A stretch of 64,000 bases of DNA from a virus (lineage: Duplodnaviria > Caudoviricetes): the IMG/VR virus record IMGVR_UViG_3300049581_000247, positions 7,815 through 71,814 of that record; one strand, written 5' to 3'. The notes beneath the pieces are model-generated. The model was not told the origin of the DNA. It did no database searches and saw only the letters and a list, made by a program, of their open reading frames with translations. Both the position numbers and the translations under genes were made by a program. This document shows, piece after piece, positions 10,159-19,272 of this stretch (its first letter is position 1; every line of letters starts with the position of its first letter).

Positions 10159-11462
10159 CCGAGCAGGATTGGAGCCCCGCCGTTGACCCGCGCAAAAATC
10201 TGTCCGCCGGATTGCTGGAATTCGATCTTATCGCCAGCGGTGGAGTCATCTCCTGTGTAAAGCTCTGGGGTCCAGCCGTCAGCCGTTGTCTTTCCGATAT
10301 TACCCGCAGTGATCCGCGTATCTCCACTCAACAGGAATTTTCCCCCAACCGACAGATTTCCTGTCGTGCTAACAGAGGTATTTGTGATAATAGTATAGTG
10401 ACCAGAACTCCCTAACACGTAAATCTGGCCGCTATAGGCTCCCGGGGTAATGGAACCAGCATCAACCCCTTGGATGATTACAGCTGGATGCACCCCGACG
10501 GAGCAAATTAATGACGCTCCGGTAAACAGGCTACCAGTGTAGATATCATTTGTGACTCGAGCTGTGATATTACTTCCATATCCTCCGGTCAGACCGGTTG
10601 TATCAATGTGAATCCTATCGGGGCCGGTGCCGACGTCTATTGTCGCTAGCGCAGTAACACTGCCGGCTGTGACGATGCCAAGATCGGCGGTGATCGCCGA
10701 GAGCTGGGCGACCGATAGCTTGGAGGCGACAACAGTGCCAGTCACCAGCAGCGACCCATCGATGATGACGTTGGCGCTGATGGAAAGCTGGGTTCCAGTC
10801 AGATCGAATACCTCCTGACCGGTCACACTGTTCCAAATCTGGAAGCTGTTGGCCTGGAAGATGACATTCGAGATGTTGGTCCCCGAGCCGGTCGACGAGG
10901 TGATATTCATCCCGGTCACGACATTGCCGGCGACAACCGTCAGGGTGTACTTGCCCTGAAGGAATCCATCGGCGGTGGCCCTGGCGCTGGCCTCCGTGCT
11001 CACGGCTGCCGCGAGAACGCCGTCCTGCTTGTATTGCCAGGTTGCGCCATCCCAATACTTTGCCTTATTGTTGTCGCCCGTGTCGATCCAGAGGTCGTTG
11101 ACTGATGGCGAAGTCGGGGCGGTCGACTGGACGGAGATTTTTGCCTTACCGGCGGCCGTGGCGGCAACAGTGGAAATGGAGACAGCTAGGGCGGTATCGG
11201 CATCAGCCCGGACCTGTTCCTCGTGGGTGATGCGCGCGCTCAAGCCAGCATCGGATGTGGCGACCAGCTCGCTCAGCTTGGAGGTGACTCCGGTCTGCTG
11301 GTCGGACAGCCGCCAACGGACATCGTCACTCCATCGATTCAGGCTCTGCTGCCATTGAAAGAACCCGGGCAGGTCGAGCAGGTCAGCCGGAGCCTTGGGG
11401 AACTCCGGCCAGACATTGGGCGGGGTGGTCGCGCCCTGGAAGCCCTGTTTTTGCGGGATCAT
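10155..11462 (-). CDS. Tail fibre/host-specificity protein (435 aa) with lambda-J C-terminal-like (DUF1983-like) segment
   Basis: APTSPSVNDLWIDT..KYWDGATW repeat-type motif; YTLTVVAGNVVTGMNI..VIFQANSFQI; VASKLSVAQLSAITADLGIVTAG beta-rich motif. Confidence 0.65.
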   Translation of the reverse strand: MIPQKQGFQGATTPPNVWPEFPKAPADLLDLPGFFQWQQSLNRWSDDVRWRLSDQQTGVTSKLSELVATSDAGLSARITHEEQVRADADTALAVSISTVAATAAGKAKISVQSTAPTSPSVNDLWIDTGDNNKAKYWDGATWQYKQDGVLAAAVSTEASARATADGFLQGKYTLTVVAGNVVTGMNITSSTGSGTNISNVIFQANSFQIWNSVTGQEVFDLTGTQLSISANVIIDGSLLVTGTVVASKLSVAQLSAITADLGIVTAGSVTALATIDVGTGPDRIHIDTTGLTGGYGSNITARVTNDIYTGSLFTGASLICSVGVHPAVIIQGVDAGSITPGAYSGQIYVLGSSGHYTIITNTSVSTTGNLSVGGKFLLSGDTRITAGNIGKTTADGWTPELYTGDDSTAGDKIEFQQSGGQIFARVNGGAPILLG

Positions 11463-13924
11463 TATGCGTCAGAGATTCGCGTGATCGACCTGCTCTCGAC
11501 AACGCCAAAGTCAAAAATCCGGCCGCTGACCTGGAAGCCGATCGACTGGGTGGTGCTGATCTGGTCCTGGAAGTAAATTTTCCGATAGTACAGGGGCACG
11601 AGCCCGGGTCGCCCGGGCGGGTGGTTTAGGATGGTTTTGGTTTCGAGCGTGGTTGGAGGCTGGCTCGTATAGTCATAGCCGTAGAGCGTGAAAGTCATCG
11701 ATCCGACGGTGTCCGGCCTGGTCGCGATAAAGCACCACGAGCGCAGGTCCTTCTCGTTGAATCCGTCGCCGAAGTCGGTCAACCCCCACTTGAGCGTCGC
11801 ATCGAAGTCCACTCCGAACCGCTGGTAGGTGGAGACCTGGAGGTTGCTCGCCCCGTAAAGGACTACGGTTCCCGCCTTCTGGGCCATTGCGAGAATCACT
11901 TCCCGGTCATCAGACAGGTTCTTGCCAATCGGCTTATGGATGACGGCAGCGCACACCGCTCCATCATCGATGAAGGAGCACTTGTCATACCGGTAGTCGT
12001 AAGCGTAGGTGGAATAGTCCCCATCCTCATCCTTGGTGACAAAGAAGACCTCATTGGTGCATCCATTGTCCACGGCATAGACGTCCTGCTCGTCGGTCTC
12101 AACGACACGCGAATAGAACCCATCGACCTTGGACAGCTCCGTCTCGTCCATCTCCACAGGATAAGATGCACCCAGCTTGAACTGATAGAACGATCGGTCG
12201 CCGGCGAAGAGATGATAATCGCCCGATACGTTGACCAGGGTGTGGCGGAAGCGGGGGGTGCGCGTCCCATGGTAGGCTGGATCGAACTGGAACGGCTCGT
12301 CGACGTCTCCCGTGTAGTAGCCGACGAAGATCGAGGTCGTCTTGTAGACCACGATCCGATTTTGCAGGGTCTCCATCTTGGTGATGGCCGAGCCGTCATC
12401 CTCAATGTCGAAGAACCCGACAATTGAGCTCAGCGCGGTGGTCTTCGAGACAGAGGTGTCTGCGATGGTTGTCACCGCCGCATCCGTCATCGTCAGCGAG
12501 GTTGAGCCCGGCGTATAAGCCGCGACCGTCGTGACCAGGTTGCCTCCGCTGGTGCCGGCTCCGATAATCGTGATGCTGTCCCCGGCCTCGAGGGACATGA
12601 CGGGGTAGGCCAGGGTCAACGTCGTCGAGGTTGCCGTGGCCGAAGCGGGAATGACCGACGCCCAGTCCCTTGGGTCTCCGATATTCGACCAAAGGACGCG
12701 GTAGGCGATGCGGTTGACGCCGATTGAGACAGGGGTACCGGAAGTGTTGAGATACGGCCCAAGACCGCCCTGCTGCATGAGCGACGCGCCCCAGGCATAC
12801 AGGCCGGAACCGGCCGACCCGGCGTAGCTCGTGGTGCCGGCATTCTTCAGGTAGAGGCGCAGCTTGGTCGAGGTGGTGACGCCATCGAGCTCCACCAGCG
12901 CATACACATAGAACCAGCCGTTGCCCTTGTCGATGATCCCGGAGCCGGCGATGGTGGGGGTTCCGGCCGAGGCTGAGGCGACGATAGTCTTGGCGGAGAG
13001 ATCAAAATCGATGTCCACGGCCACCGAAGCCAGGGTTAAGTCACCAAATCTGATCTTTCCCGTGGTGCGCTCAGCCGCCTTGACGAACCATGAAACGAGG
13101 CAAGTCTTGCCGGCTCCGATGGTGATGGCCTGATCGGCCGCATGGATTCCGTTGGAGGAGTCCTCTGCCAGCTTGTCGGCCGTGGACGCGCCATTGGGTG
13201 CTGTGGCGGCATCAGCCGAAACGGTGGCGCCGGTCTTCGTCCAGGTGGCATCATCCAGGGCCTCCGAGTACAGGGCGGAATTAGTCCAGGTGTCTCCAGT
13301 CGGTGGCGATGTAATGCCTTGGTACGGGAGGGAGCCGTTCATCACCGTCGCAAGCGAGTCGGCCTCGATTTCGACTGCGTCCGCCGCCACCAGGATGCCG
13401 TTGTACTGCTTGATTGTGCCCACGCTGCCGTAGCCGGACTCGCGCAGCTCGTAGATCGGCACGCTGGCGGCATCCCCAACCTGATAGGTGAAGGGGAGAT
13501 CGATCCCGTTGTTGAAAACCCCGTAGGAGGCGCAGCCCTCGATCTCCCAGCGGCGCGGGTCTGGGGCTGGCATATAGCCGGACCCGACCTGCACCCACGC
13601 TCCGGCATCGTAATCGAAGGCCCAGATCGCCCCGGTGTCAGTGACCGCGCCGGGAACGGTCGACCCGTTGGCGCGCCTCACCTCACCGATCTGAACTGCC
13701 TTGACCCCGGCCGCGATGGTGAACTGCGAAGTTGTCGGCGCCAGGTTGTTGACGACAAAATCACCCCAACCTTCCCGCTTGAACTCGTAGTTCTGCCCGC
13801 GCCGCCAGTTTGTCTTCGTGACGTAGTTGGCCGCCCCGACATCCGCCAATGGCAGATCGGGTGCCCACCTGCCGCCGGAGGTGACCAAGACCTTCCCGGC
13901 GTTGAAATCGCGATTGACCGGCAT
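11462..13924 (-). CDS. Tail nozzle/stabilisation protein (P22 gp10/T7 gp12-like, 820 aa) with inserted beta domains
   Basis: Size, beta-propeller-like strands, position after the adaptor, C-terminal KDLRSW..YFQ..S..F.VSG; insertion WTNSALYSEALDDATWTK..ADKL. Confidence 0.65.
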   Translation of the reverse strand: MPVNRDFNAGKVLVTSGGRWAPDLPLADVGAANYVTKTNWRRGQNYEFKREGWGDFVVNNLAPTTSQFTIAAGVKAVQIGEVRRANGSTVPGAVTDTGAIWAFDYDAGAWVQVGSGYMPAPDPRRWEIEGCASYGVFNNGIDLPFTYQVGDAASVPIYELRESGYGSVGTIKQYNGILVAADAVEIEADSLATVMNGSLPYQGITSPPTGDTWTNSALYSEALDDATWTKTGATVSADAATAPNGASTADKLAEDSSNGIHAADQAITIGAGKTCLVSWFVKAAERTTGKIRFGDLTLASVAVDIDFDLSAKTIVASASAGTPTIAGSGIIDKGNGWFYVYALVELDGVTTSTKLRLYLKNAGTTSYAGSAGSGLYAWGASLMQQGGLGPYLNTSGTPVSIGVNRIAYRVLWSNIGDPRDWASVIPASATATSTTLTLAYPVMSLEAGDSITIIGAGTSGGNLVTTVAAYTPGSTSLTMTDAAVTTIADTSVSKTTALSSIVGFFDIEDDGSAITKMETLQNRIVVYKTTSIFVGYYTGDVDEPFQFDPAYHGTRTPRFRHTLVNVSGDYHLFAGDRSFYQFKLGASYPVEMDETELSKVDGFYSRVVETDEQDVYAVDNGCTNEVFFVTKDEDGDYSTYAYDYRYDKCSFIDDGAVCAAVIHKPIGKNLSDDREVILAMAQKAGTVVLYGASNLQVSTYQRFGVDFDATLKWGLTDFGDGFNEKDLRSWCFIATRPDTVGSMTFTLYGYDYTSQPPTTLETKTILNHPPGRPGLVPLYYRKIYFQDQISTTQSIGFQVSGRIFDFGVVESRSITRISDA

Positions 13925-13930
13925 AAGGCA

Positions 13931-14992
13931 TTACAGGGCGGAGTTGACAAAGACGTTCTTGTCGATCCAGAGACCCCTTAGGAAATTGGTGTATGAGACA
14001 TAGGCCGCTCCGGCTTCCCGGTCGTTCTCGCTCGTATTCTTGTAGATCATGTACCGCACGAACTCAGCCGCGCAGTTGAAACACCTCTCATCCAGCGTCA
14101 CCGTGTCGCCATCGGCGAAGGTCTGTTTGACGCCGTTCCAGAAGACAAGGATCGACACCTCATCGGAATCGAGCCTCGGGTAGGTCCAAAGTTCCCCGAA
14201 AGGAGAGAGAACGAAGTATGGGCCGTTCCCTGGCACCGTGCGGGTGACAAGCTGATCGCGGTCTTTCCAGTCGAGGGCGACGGCCGGTATTGTCCAGAGC
14301 CGCTCGACGAAGCGAAAAACGAGGGAGCCCAGGGTTTCGTCGGTTCCGTCGACCGAAGTAAGCCCGCCCCCAAGCTGGCCGGAGGTGAGGGTTCCGCCCG
14401 TCACCACCTCGTAGATGCGCGCGTTGGAAACCACCCGGTCGGTGGCCGCATAGAGCACCCCCTCGGCCAGGGCTGGAGCGTACTTTTGGTAGTACACCTC
14501 ATGGATCAGCTGGGTGCTTGGCGGGGTAATCAGCTTGGAGCAGAATCCGTTATCCTCGACATCGGCCATCAGGTACGAGTCCTGGTTGTTCTGCTGAAAG
14601 AATTCCACATGGCGCTGGATGCCGATGGCGGCCTCGATAAGGTACTTCTCCCACACCGCCTGCATCGCATTCAGGTCGTCCATCGCCTCTTGAATGGCGG
14701 CATCGATATAGCTCCCAATGGCGGTCCGATTGGCGTCCACCGTGATCCTGGTCTGCACTGCCGACTTCACTGTTGCGAAATTTGCCGTGATGGCCACCCC
14801 GGCCAGCTTCCGCTTGTACTCGAGGTAGTCGTTCATGTAGCTCTTCGCCAGCGGCAGATCGGAATCGACCTCCCGGCAAATGAGCGACTTCACGTAGGCG
14901 GCGACAGCGGCATAGACAAGCTTGTCCATCGCCGCCCCGTTGTTGTAGGCGGTGAGAACTCCGGCTCGGAACTGTGCCCAGGTAAGAGGCAT
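13931..14992 (-). CDS. Head-tail adaptor/tail tubular protein A-like (353 aa)
   Basis: Synteny between the capsid region and the nozzle; helical N- and C-termini flanking a beta domain (ELWTYP). Confidence 0.55.
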   Translation of the reverse strand: MPLTWAQFRAGVLTAYNNGAAMDKLVYAAVAAYVKSLICREVDSDLPLAKSYMNDYLEYKRKLAGVAITANFATVKSAVQTRITVDANRTAIGSYIDAAIQEAMDDLNAMQAVWEKYLIEAAIGIQRHVEFFQQNNQDSYLMADVEDNGFCSKLITPPSTQLIHEVYYQKYAPALAEGVLYAATDRVVSNARIYEVVTGGTLTSGQLGGGLTSVDGTDETLGSLVFRFVERLWTIPAVALDWKDRDQLVTRTVPGNGPYFVLSPFGELWTYPRLDSDEVSILVFWNGVKQTFADGDTVTLDERCFNCAAEFVRYMIYKNTSENDREAGAAYVSYTNFLRGLWIDKNVFVNSAL

Positions 14993-14993
14993 A

Positions 14994-15500
14994 TTAGAGG
15001 GTCTTCACCGCACGGATTGAATTGCGACGCTGGCGAAGGGAGGCTCCGTTGTTGGAACGCTCGGACTCGGCCACGATGGGGTCGGGCGAGTTAACCGATT
15101 CGATGCGGGGGATATCCAGAATGTCGCTGATCCGGGACGGCTGGTCAGAGGACTTGGGCGCCTGCTCGTTTTCTGCAAGCGTCACACCCTGGCGAGGTTC
15201 CACCGTCACCGACTTGCTGTCCTGGAGAACGCGATTTCGCTCGTAGTTCGAGGTCAAAGATGGCGCCGAGGCTCGGGTTGTTTTTTTTTGAGCCAGCTGC
15301 GTCTCGTAGTCGGTCTCCGTGATCTCCTCGACCCCGAGGCGCTGGTGGACGGCAGATTCCAGGACGGAGACCTCGGCCGGGTTGTTCGTTTTGTACACGC
15401 CGCAGATGTTGCTGCCGATGATGGCGGTTTTATCGAACTCGATGGACAAGCCGCCCTGTTGCAGGGCTCGTTGCGCGATCTGGGAATAAAAGTAGCGCAT
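14994..15500 (-). CDS. Hypothetical protein (168 aa); N-terminal domain shared with the adjacent glycosyltransferase C-terminus
   Basis: ORF track; AE..L.S..RLGVE.I.E.DY..L.Q.K motif also found in 15541..16542. Confidence 0.7.
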   Translation of the reverse strand: MRYFYSQIAQRALQQGGLSIEFDKTAIIGSNICGVYKTNNPAEVSVLESAVHQRLGVEEITETDYETQLAQKKTTRASAPSLTSNYERNRVLQDSKSVTVEPRQGVTLAENEQAPKSSDQPSRISDILDIPRIESVNSPDPIVAESERSNNGASLRQRRNSIRAVKTL

Positions 15501-15540
15501 GGGAATTTTGGTAGATACGAAAATCGCGGATTACAAGAAA

Positions 15541-16542
15541 TTAGAGACGCTTGGCCTGTTCCAGCATGGCGCCGTAATCCTCCTCCCCGATCGCCTCGAC
15601 GCCGAGCCGGCCCGCGTGGGACTTGAGGATCATCTCCTCGGCGGTGTCGCGCGGCCGGTAAATCGACCACCACGAACCGGAAACCGACCGCCCGCAGGGC
15701 ATGAATTTGAAGTGCCGTCCATCCAGGACGACGTCGGAGCCTGATGCCGTCAGCATGTAGTAGGTCGACGGCTTGGGGAGCATCTGCATGAAGGCGGGGT
15801 ATCGGCTCTCAGCCAGGGCGAAAACCAGACTCCCTCCCTTGTCTTGATGGAAGAGCCCAACCTCTGGCGGAATCAGCCCCAGGTTGCCGGCGTTGAACGG
15901 GGCCGGGCGCCAGATTTGATGAATCGTCTTGGCCCGGTGGAAGCTCTTCATGATTTCCGGACCGGCGTAGAGGTCCCAGGGGTAACCCATGCCGTCCGGG
16001 AACATCCCCCCCGAATCCTTGAGACCTAGCACGCTTTCGATCAACGGGGCCTTTTCGCGCCAATTTGGCCCATATACCCCGCATCCCGCCATGTGGTTGA
16101 TGTTGCACTCAACCAGGTGGCCCATGAAGGCCTTGTCGTGGGAGTTGTACTCCTCGACGATGTCGCGGAACCACGACGGCTTCATCACAACCGTATCGGC
16201 CTCGCAGTATAGGACGGCATGGCCGGGAAACGCCTTCTCGCAGTGTTGGAGGGCGCGGACAAACCCGTGGTCGGCCGAGAGGGGGTAGCCAATCTCGTTC
16301 TCGTCGTAGGCGGAAACGAGCTGGGTCTTGAAGAATCGAGGACTATCGTCATACCCCGCCCTCAGCCTGATCCATTGGTTCTTGGTGATCCGCTTGGTCC
16401 CAAACACGACAAGGTTGAACTCCGAGACATCGCCATGGTCATGATGGCTGAGGAACTTGGCCCACTTGAGCCAGAGCTCAGCCAGGTTGAAGTCAACGTG
16501 GCAGAACCCGAGGACACAGACGATGGGGCGCTTGTAGCTCAT
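15541..16542 (-). CDS. Putative GT-A glycosyltransferase (333 aa)
   Basis: VLYCEADTV (DxD-like), AFMG..HMAGCGVY, FHQDK C-terminal motif. Confidence 0.6.
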   Translation of the reverse strand: MSYKRPIVCVLGFCHVDFNLAELWLKWAKFLSHHDHGDVSEFNLVVFGTKRITKNQWIRLRAGYDDSPRFFKTQLVSAYDENEIGYPLSADHGFVRALQHCEKAFPGHAVLYCEADTVVMKPSWFRDIVEEYNSHDKAFMGHLVECNINHMAGCGVYGPNWREKAPLIESVLGLKDSGGMFPDGMGYPWDLYAGPEIMKSFHRAKTIHQIWRPAPFNAGNLGLIPPEVGLFHQDKGGSLVFALAESRYPAFMQMLPKPSTYYMLTASGSDVVLDGRHFKFMPCGRSVSGSWWSIYRPRDTAEEMILKSHAGRLGVEAIGEEDYGAMLEQAKRL

Positions 16543-17231
16543 TTCAGGCTAGCCTCCAATGCATTGAGCGTAAACTCGGTTTTGACGCCATGGATGAACG
16601 TTGCGCCAGTCCTAACCGCCTCACATGCGGTCTCGAGGTTGCGCTCGTCGATGGGGTTGCAGGCAAAACAGGCCCCTCTGGCCCAGAGATCGGTGCACCG
16701 GAGCCGGCCTTGGGACCGCTCGATCGCGAGGCCAACCGCCCGATCCCAGAACCCGCGCTCCACCCCCGGACCGTACTTTTTCAGCTCGTCCACAAGGACG
16801 GCGGCGGTCTTCCGGTTAAGGAAAAGCGGAGGGTGGCAATACAGGGTGCCCTCGAACCCGCGCTCCTCCCGGGTATCACCGAAGGCGGGCGCCATGACCT
16901 CTCCGTTGATCGGTCGGAATTTTGGGGGATCGAGCACCACGGCATCATACTCGCAGAATAGAATGTAGGGGTGCGGCTCTTTTGAGGCCCTTTCCAGGCC
17001 ATCCACGACCCGGAGGATAGCGTCTGGCCCAACGTGAGCCCGAGGCCTTGCGCGCCACTGTTCCGCCTCAATGCTGGGCAGTTCGGCATCAGTCGGGACC
17101 AGGTAGACCACCCGGCCGCATGCCTCCCAGTATTTCTTGTGGCGTTCAACGGCGCCCCGCGCGTCGGAATGGGCCATGACCACGACCAGGATATCGTCGA
17201 TTTTCTTGTCCAGGACAACTCCGTAGCTCAT
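16539..17231 (-). CDS. Putative GT-A glycosyltransferase (230 aa)
   Basis: Start reassigned to ATG 17231 (ATGA-type overlap with the upstream stop); YILFCEYDAV, HPPLFLNR, FIHGVK (Fringe/GT31-like pattern). Confidence 0.6.
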   Translation of the reverse strand: MSYGVVLDKKIDDILVVVMAHSDARGAVERHKKYWEACGRVVYLVPTDAELPSIEAEQWRARPRAHVGPDAILRVVDGLERASKEPHPYILFCEYDAVVLDPPKFRPINGEVMAPAFGDTREERGFEGTLYCHPPLFLNRKTAAVLVDELKKYGPGVERGFWDRAVGLAIERSQGRLRCTDLWARGACFACNPIDERNLETACEAVRTGATFIHGVKTEFTLNALEASLK

Positions 17232-18004
17232 TTTACAATTTCCTCCAATTCGTTGATGACCGGGTCGATGCCGCCGTGACTCCAAAAGGCCTTCACCTTG
17301 TCCCGCCCATGCTGGTAGGTGTAGCTTCCGTCGGGATTTGTGACAGTGAAGTCGACAAAGTGGTAGGCCCCGGGGAAGTGCTTGATGACCACGGCCCCGA
17401 TTGCCGGGAACTCGGCGAAGGTCTGCGGGAATGCGTTGGAGCAGGACAGGATATACGTCTCCGGACTGTGTCCGGTGTGGTCTCGGATCACCTTCCTGAC
17501 TTGGGCGTAAACCCAGCGGGGGTGAACGGCCGGATGCCGGACCATCGTCTCGTATTCCGGGTCGATGCCGGTCGCATCCAGGACGCACTTCTTCCAGGAG
17601 TACCGGGCGGCGTAGTGGCGGAAGTTCTCGAACCTCTCCCGGTAAAGAACGCACCTGCCGGCGACCACGAAGTCGCTGGGTGTACAGGTTTCCCAGAACA
17701 GGCAGTCGGCATCCATGTGGAGGATGAAGTCGCCCTTGCAGAACTGGTCGGCGCAGATCACCTGATACTCGTGGTGCAGCATGCCCTTGCCGGGGTGTTC
17801 GGAATAACCGAACACATGACAGGTTAAGCCGGTCGTGTTGACCTCGGACGCGAGTTGCTCGAACAGCGCCACATCGGCATCAGGGACAAGGATGACGACC
17901 TCATGAAACCCTGCGGCATATTTCGCGAGCGACCTCAGGGAGTAGCGCATGAAGGCGTAGTCGCGCCGGAAAGTGACGTAGAAAATTGAGACGGTCGGCA
18001 TCAT
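17228..18004 (-). CDS. Putative GT-A glycosyltransferase (258 aa)
   Basis: VSIFYVTF N-terminal strand, YSLRSL, FILHMDADCLF (DxD); start at the ATGA overlap at 18004. Confidence 0.65.
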   Translation of the reverse strand: MMPTVSIFYVTFRRDYAFMRYSLRSLAKYAAGFHEVVILVPDADVALFEQLASEVNTTGLTCHVFGYSEHPGKGMLHHEYQVICADQFCKGDFILHMDADCLFWETCTPSDFVVAGRCVLYRERFENFRHYAARYSWKKCVLDATGIDPEYETMVRHPAVHPRWVYAQVRKVIRDHTGHSPETYILSCSNAFPQTFAEFPAIGAVVIKHFPGAYHFVDFTVTNPDGSYTYQHGRDKVKAFWSHGGIDPVINELEEIVK

Positions 18005-18585
18005 GGCTTCTGGAACCACCAGCTAGTGCAAAACGTGACATGGGGGCGTTTGTCGATCTTGTTGTGACAGAAGTCCCATACGGCCTCCAGTACGCCGCAG
18101 TCCTGGAGCGAGTCATGCCGGGAGTAGAAGTCGTGGCCCCCGACGATCCCGCCGGGTCCGACCTTATTCCAGGCAAGATTGAGCTCGGCGGCGACGGTTT
18201 CCCGGCCATGGAATCCGTCGAGGTAGCAGAAGGTCAGGCTGCCATCGACCAGCTTCTCCAGCATCTCCGTGCCCTTGAGCCGGTGAATCTGGCAGCGGGA
18301 ACCAAACTCCTTCAACCGGCCCTCGGCCTCCTTTTTCAGCTTCTCCATGTCCAGCCTGGGGCGCTCCGGCGTGGAATGATCAAGGACGCAGCCATCCAGA
18401 TACCCGTCATAATGCTTCCAAGGGTCGCAGGTATGCAGCGTCTCGCCGTTCCAGGTCGAGAGCAGATGATGGGCGTACTCCCCCTTGAAAGTGCCAATCT
18501 CGACGCCGACCCCGCGCATATCGTTCGCGTTGAGCCAGTATCCGAGTTCGTCCCGGGAAAGCAGGGATTCGAGTGGTTGGTTCAT
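18001..18585 (-). CDS. Class I SAM-dependent methyltransferase (Methyltransf_24-like, 194 aa)
   Basis: GVEIGTFKGE motif I, TCDPW, YLDGFHG, VGPGGIVGGHDF. Confidence 0.8.
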   Translation of the reverse strand: MNQPLESLLSRDELGYWLNANDMRGVGVEIGTFKGEYAHHLLSTWNGETLHTCDPWKHYDGYLDGCVLDHSTPERPRLDMEKLKKEAEGRLKEFGSRCQIHRLKGTEMLEKLVDGSLTFCYLDGFHGRETVAAELNLAWNKVGPGGIVGGHDFYSRHDSLQDCGVLEAVWDFCHNKIDKRPHVTFCTSWWFQKP

Positions 18586-19196
18586 CTCAGAAGCTCCTTG
18601 GCGAGCGCCACCTTGTCCTTGCCCGCCCGCCGGCAGGCTCCAGTCGCAAGATGGATCAGCTTGCCGTTCTCCCACTCGACGCCATTATACTCGCGGCAGA
18701 GGCGGCTGTGGGGCCATTCCAGCGAATCCTGGAAGAAATACATGTCCGAGTAGTGATCGTCCCTCGGATTGGGCGCATGGGCCATCATCTTGGCCGCAAT
18801 GCCATCGGCGGCGGCGCGGCCGGCTTGGACGGCGCACGGGACCCGGTGCTGCTCCAGGATGTGCGGACCGCTGCCAGCCAGTTCGGGATCGTTGGGCGAC
18901 AGGCTCAGATTAATGACATCGTAGTCGGTCATCATGCCGCCGCCCTGATGTGAGAAGGCGAGCCACCTTGCCCAGCAAGAGAGGTCATAGCCATAGGGGT
19001 TGCGCGAAACGAAGGCATTGACCTTAAAAGTCCTGAATTTCGACCAGTCGGGATGTCGGGAGGCATGGCGCTCGTCGAGGACAACCGGGGTCCATCCGCA
19101 CCGAAGCCATGAGTGAGCCCAGAGCTGGATGAGCTCGGAGGGATATTCCCAACCGGGCAGCTGCTGGTAGTAGCTGTAAACGATGTTGTTGGTCAT
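18582..19196 (-). CDS. Putative glycosyltransferase (GT32/DxD sugar-binding-like, 204 aa)
   Basis: LWAHSW..GW, RWLAF..GGGMMTDYDV (DxD); start reassigned to ATG 19196. Confidence 0.65.
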   Translation of the reverse strand: MTNNIVYSYYQQLPGWEYPSELIQLWAHSWLRCGWTPVVLDERHASRHPDWSKFRTFKVNAFVSRNPYGYDLSCWARWLAFSHQGGGMMTDYDVINLSLSPNDPELAGSGPHILEQHRVPCAVQAGRAAADGIAAKMMAHAPNPRDDHYSDMYFFQDSLEWPHSRLCREYNGVEWENGKLIHLATGACRRAGKDKVALAKELLR

Positions 19197-19200
19197 GCTG

Positions 19201-19239
19201 GAAAAAGAAACGGGGGGCCGACGTCGTGCCGACCCCCCG
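19201..19239 (-). terminator. Intrinsic terminator after the major capsid gene
   Basis: Minus strand CGGGGGGTCGGC-ACGAC-GTCGGCCCCCCG (12 bp with GU pairs) followed by TTTCTTTTTC. Confidence 0.8.
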
Positions 19240-19272
19240 CTTGCGAACCACTTAAACCACGAACCAAGTCGA

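Noticed and set aside
10155-10625. Diversity-generating retroelement target in the tail gene
   Set aside because: No reverse transcriptase and no template repeat found in the window
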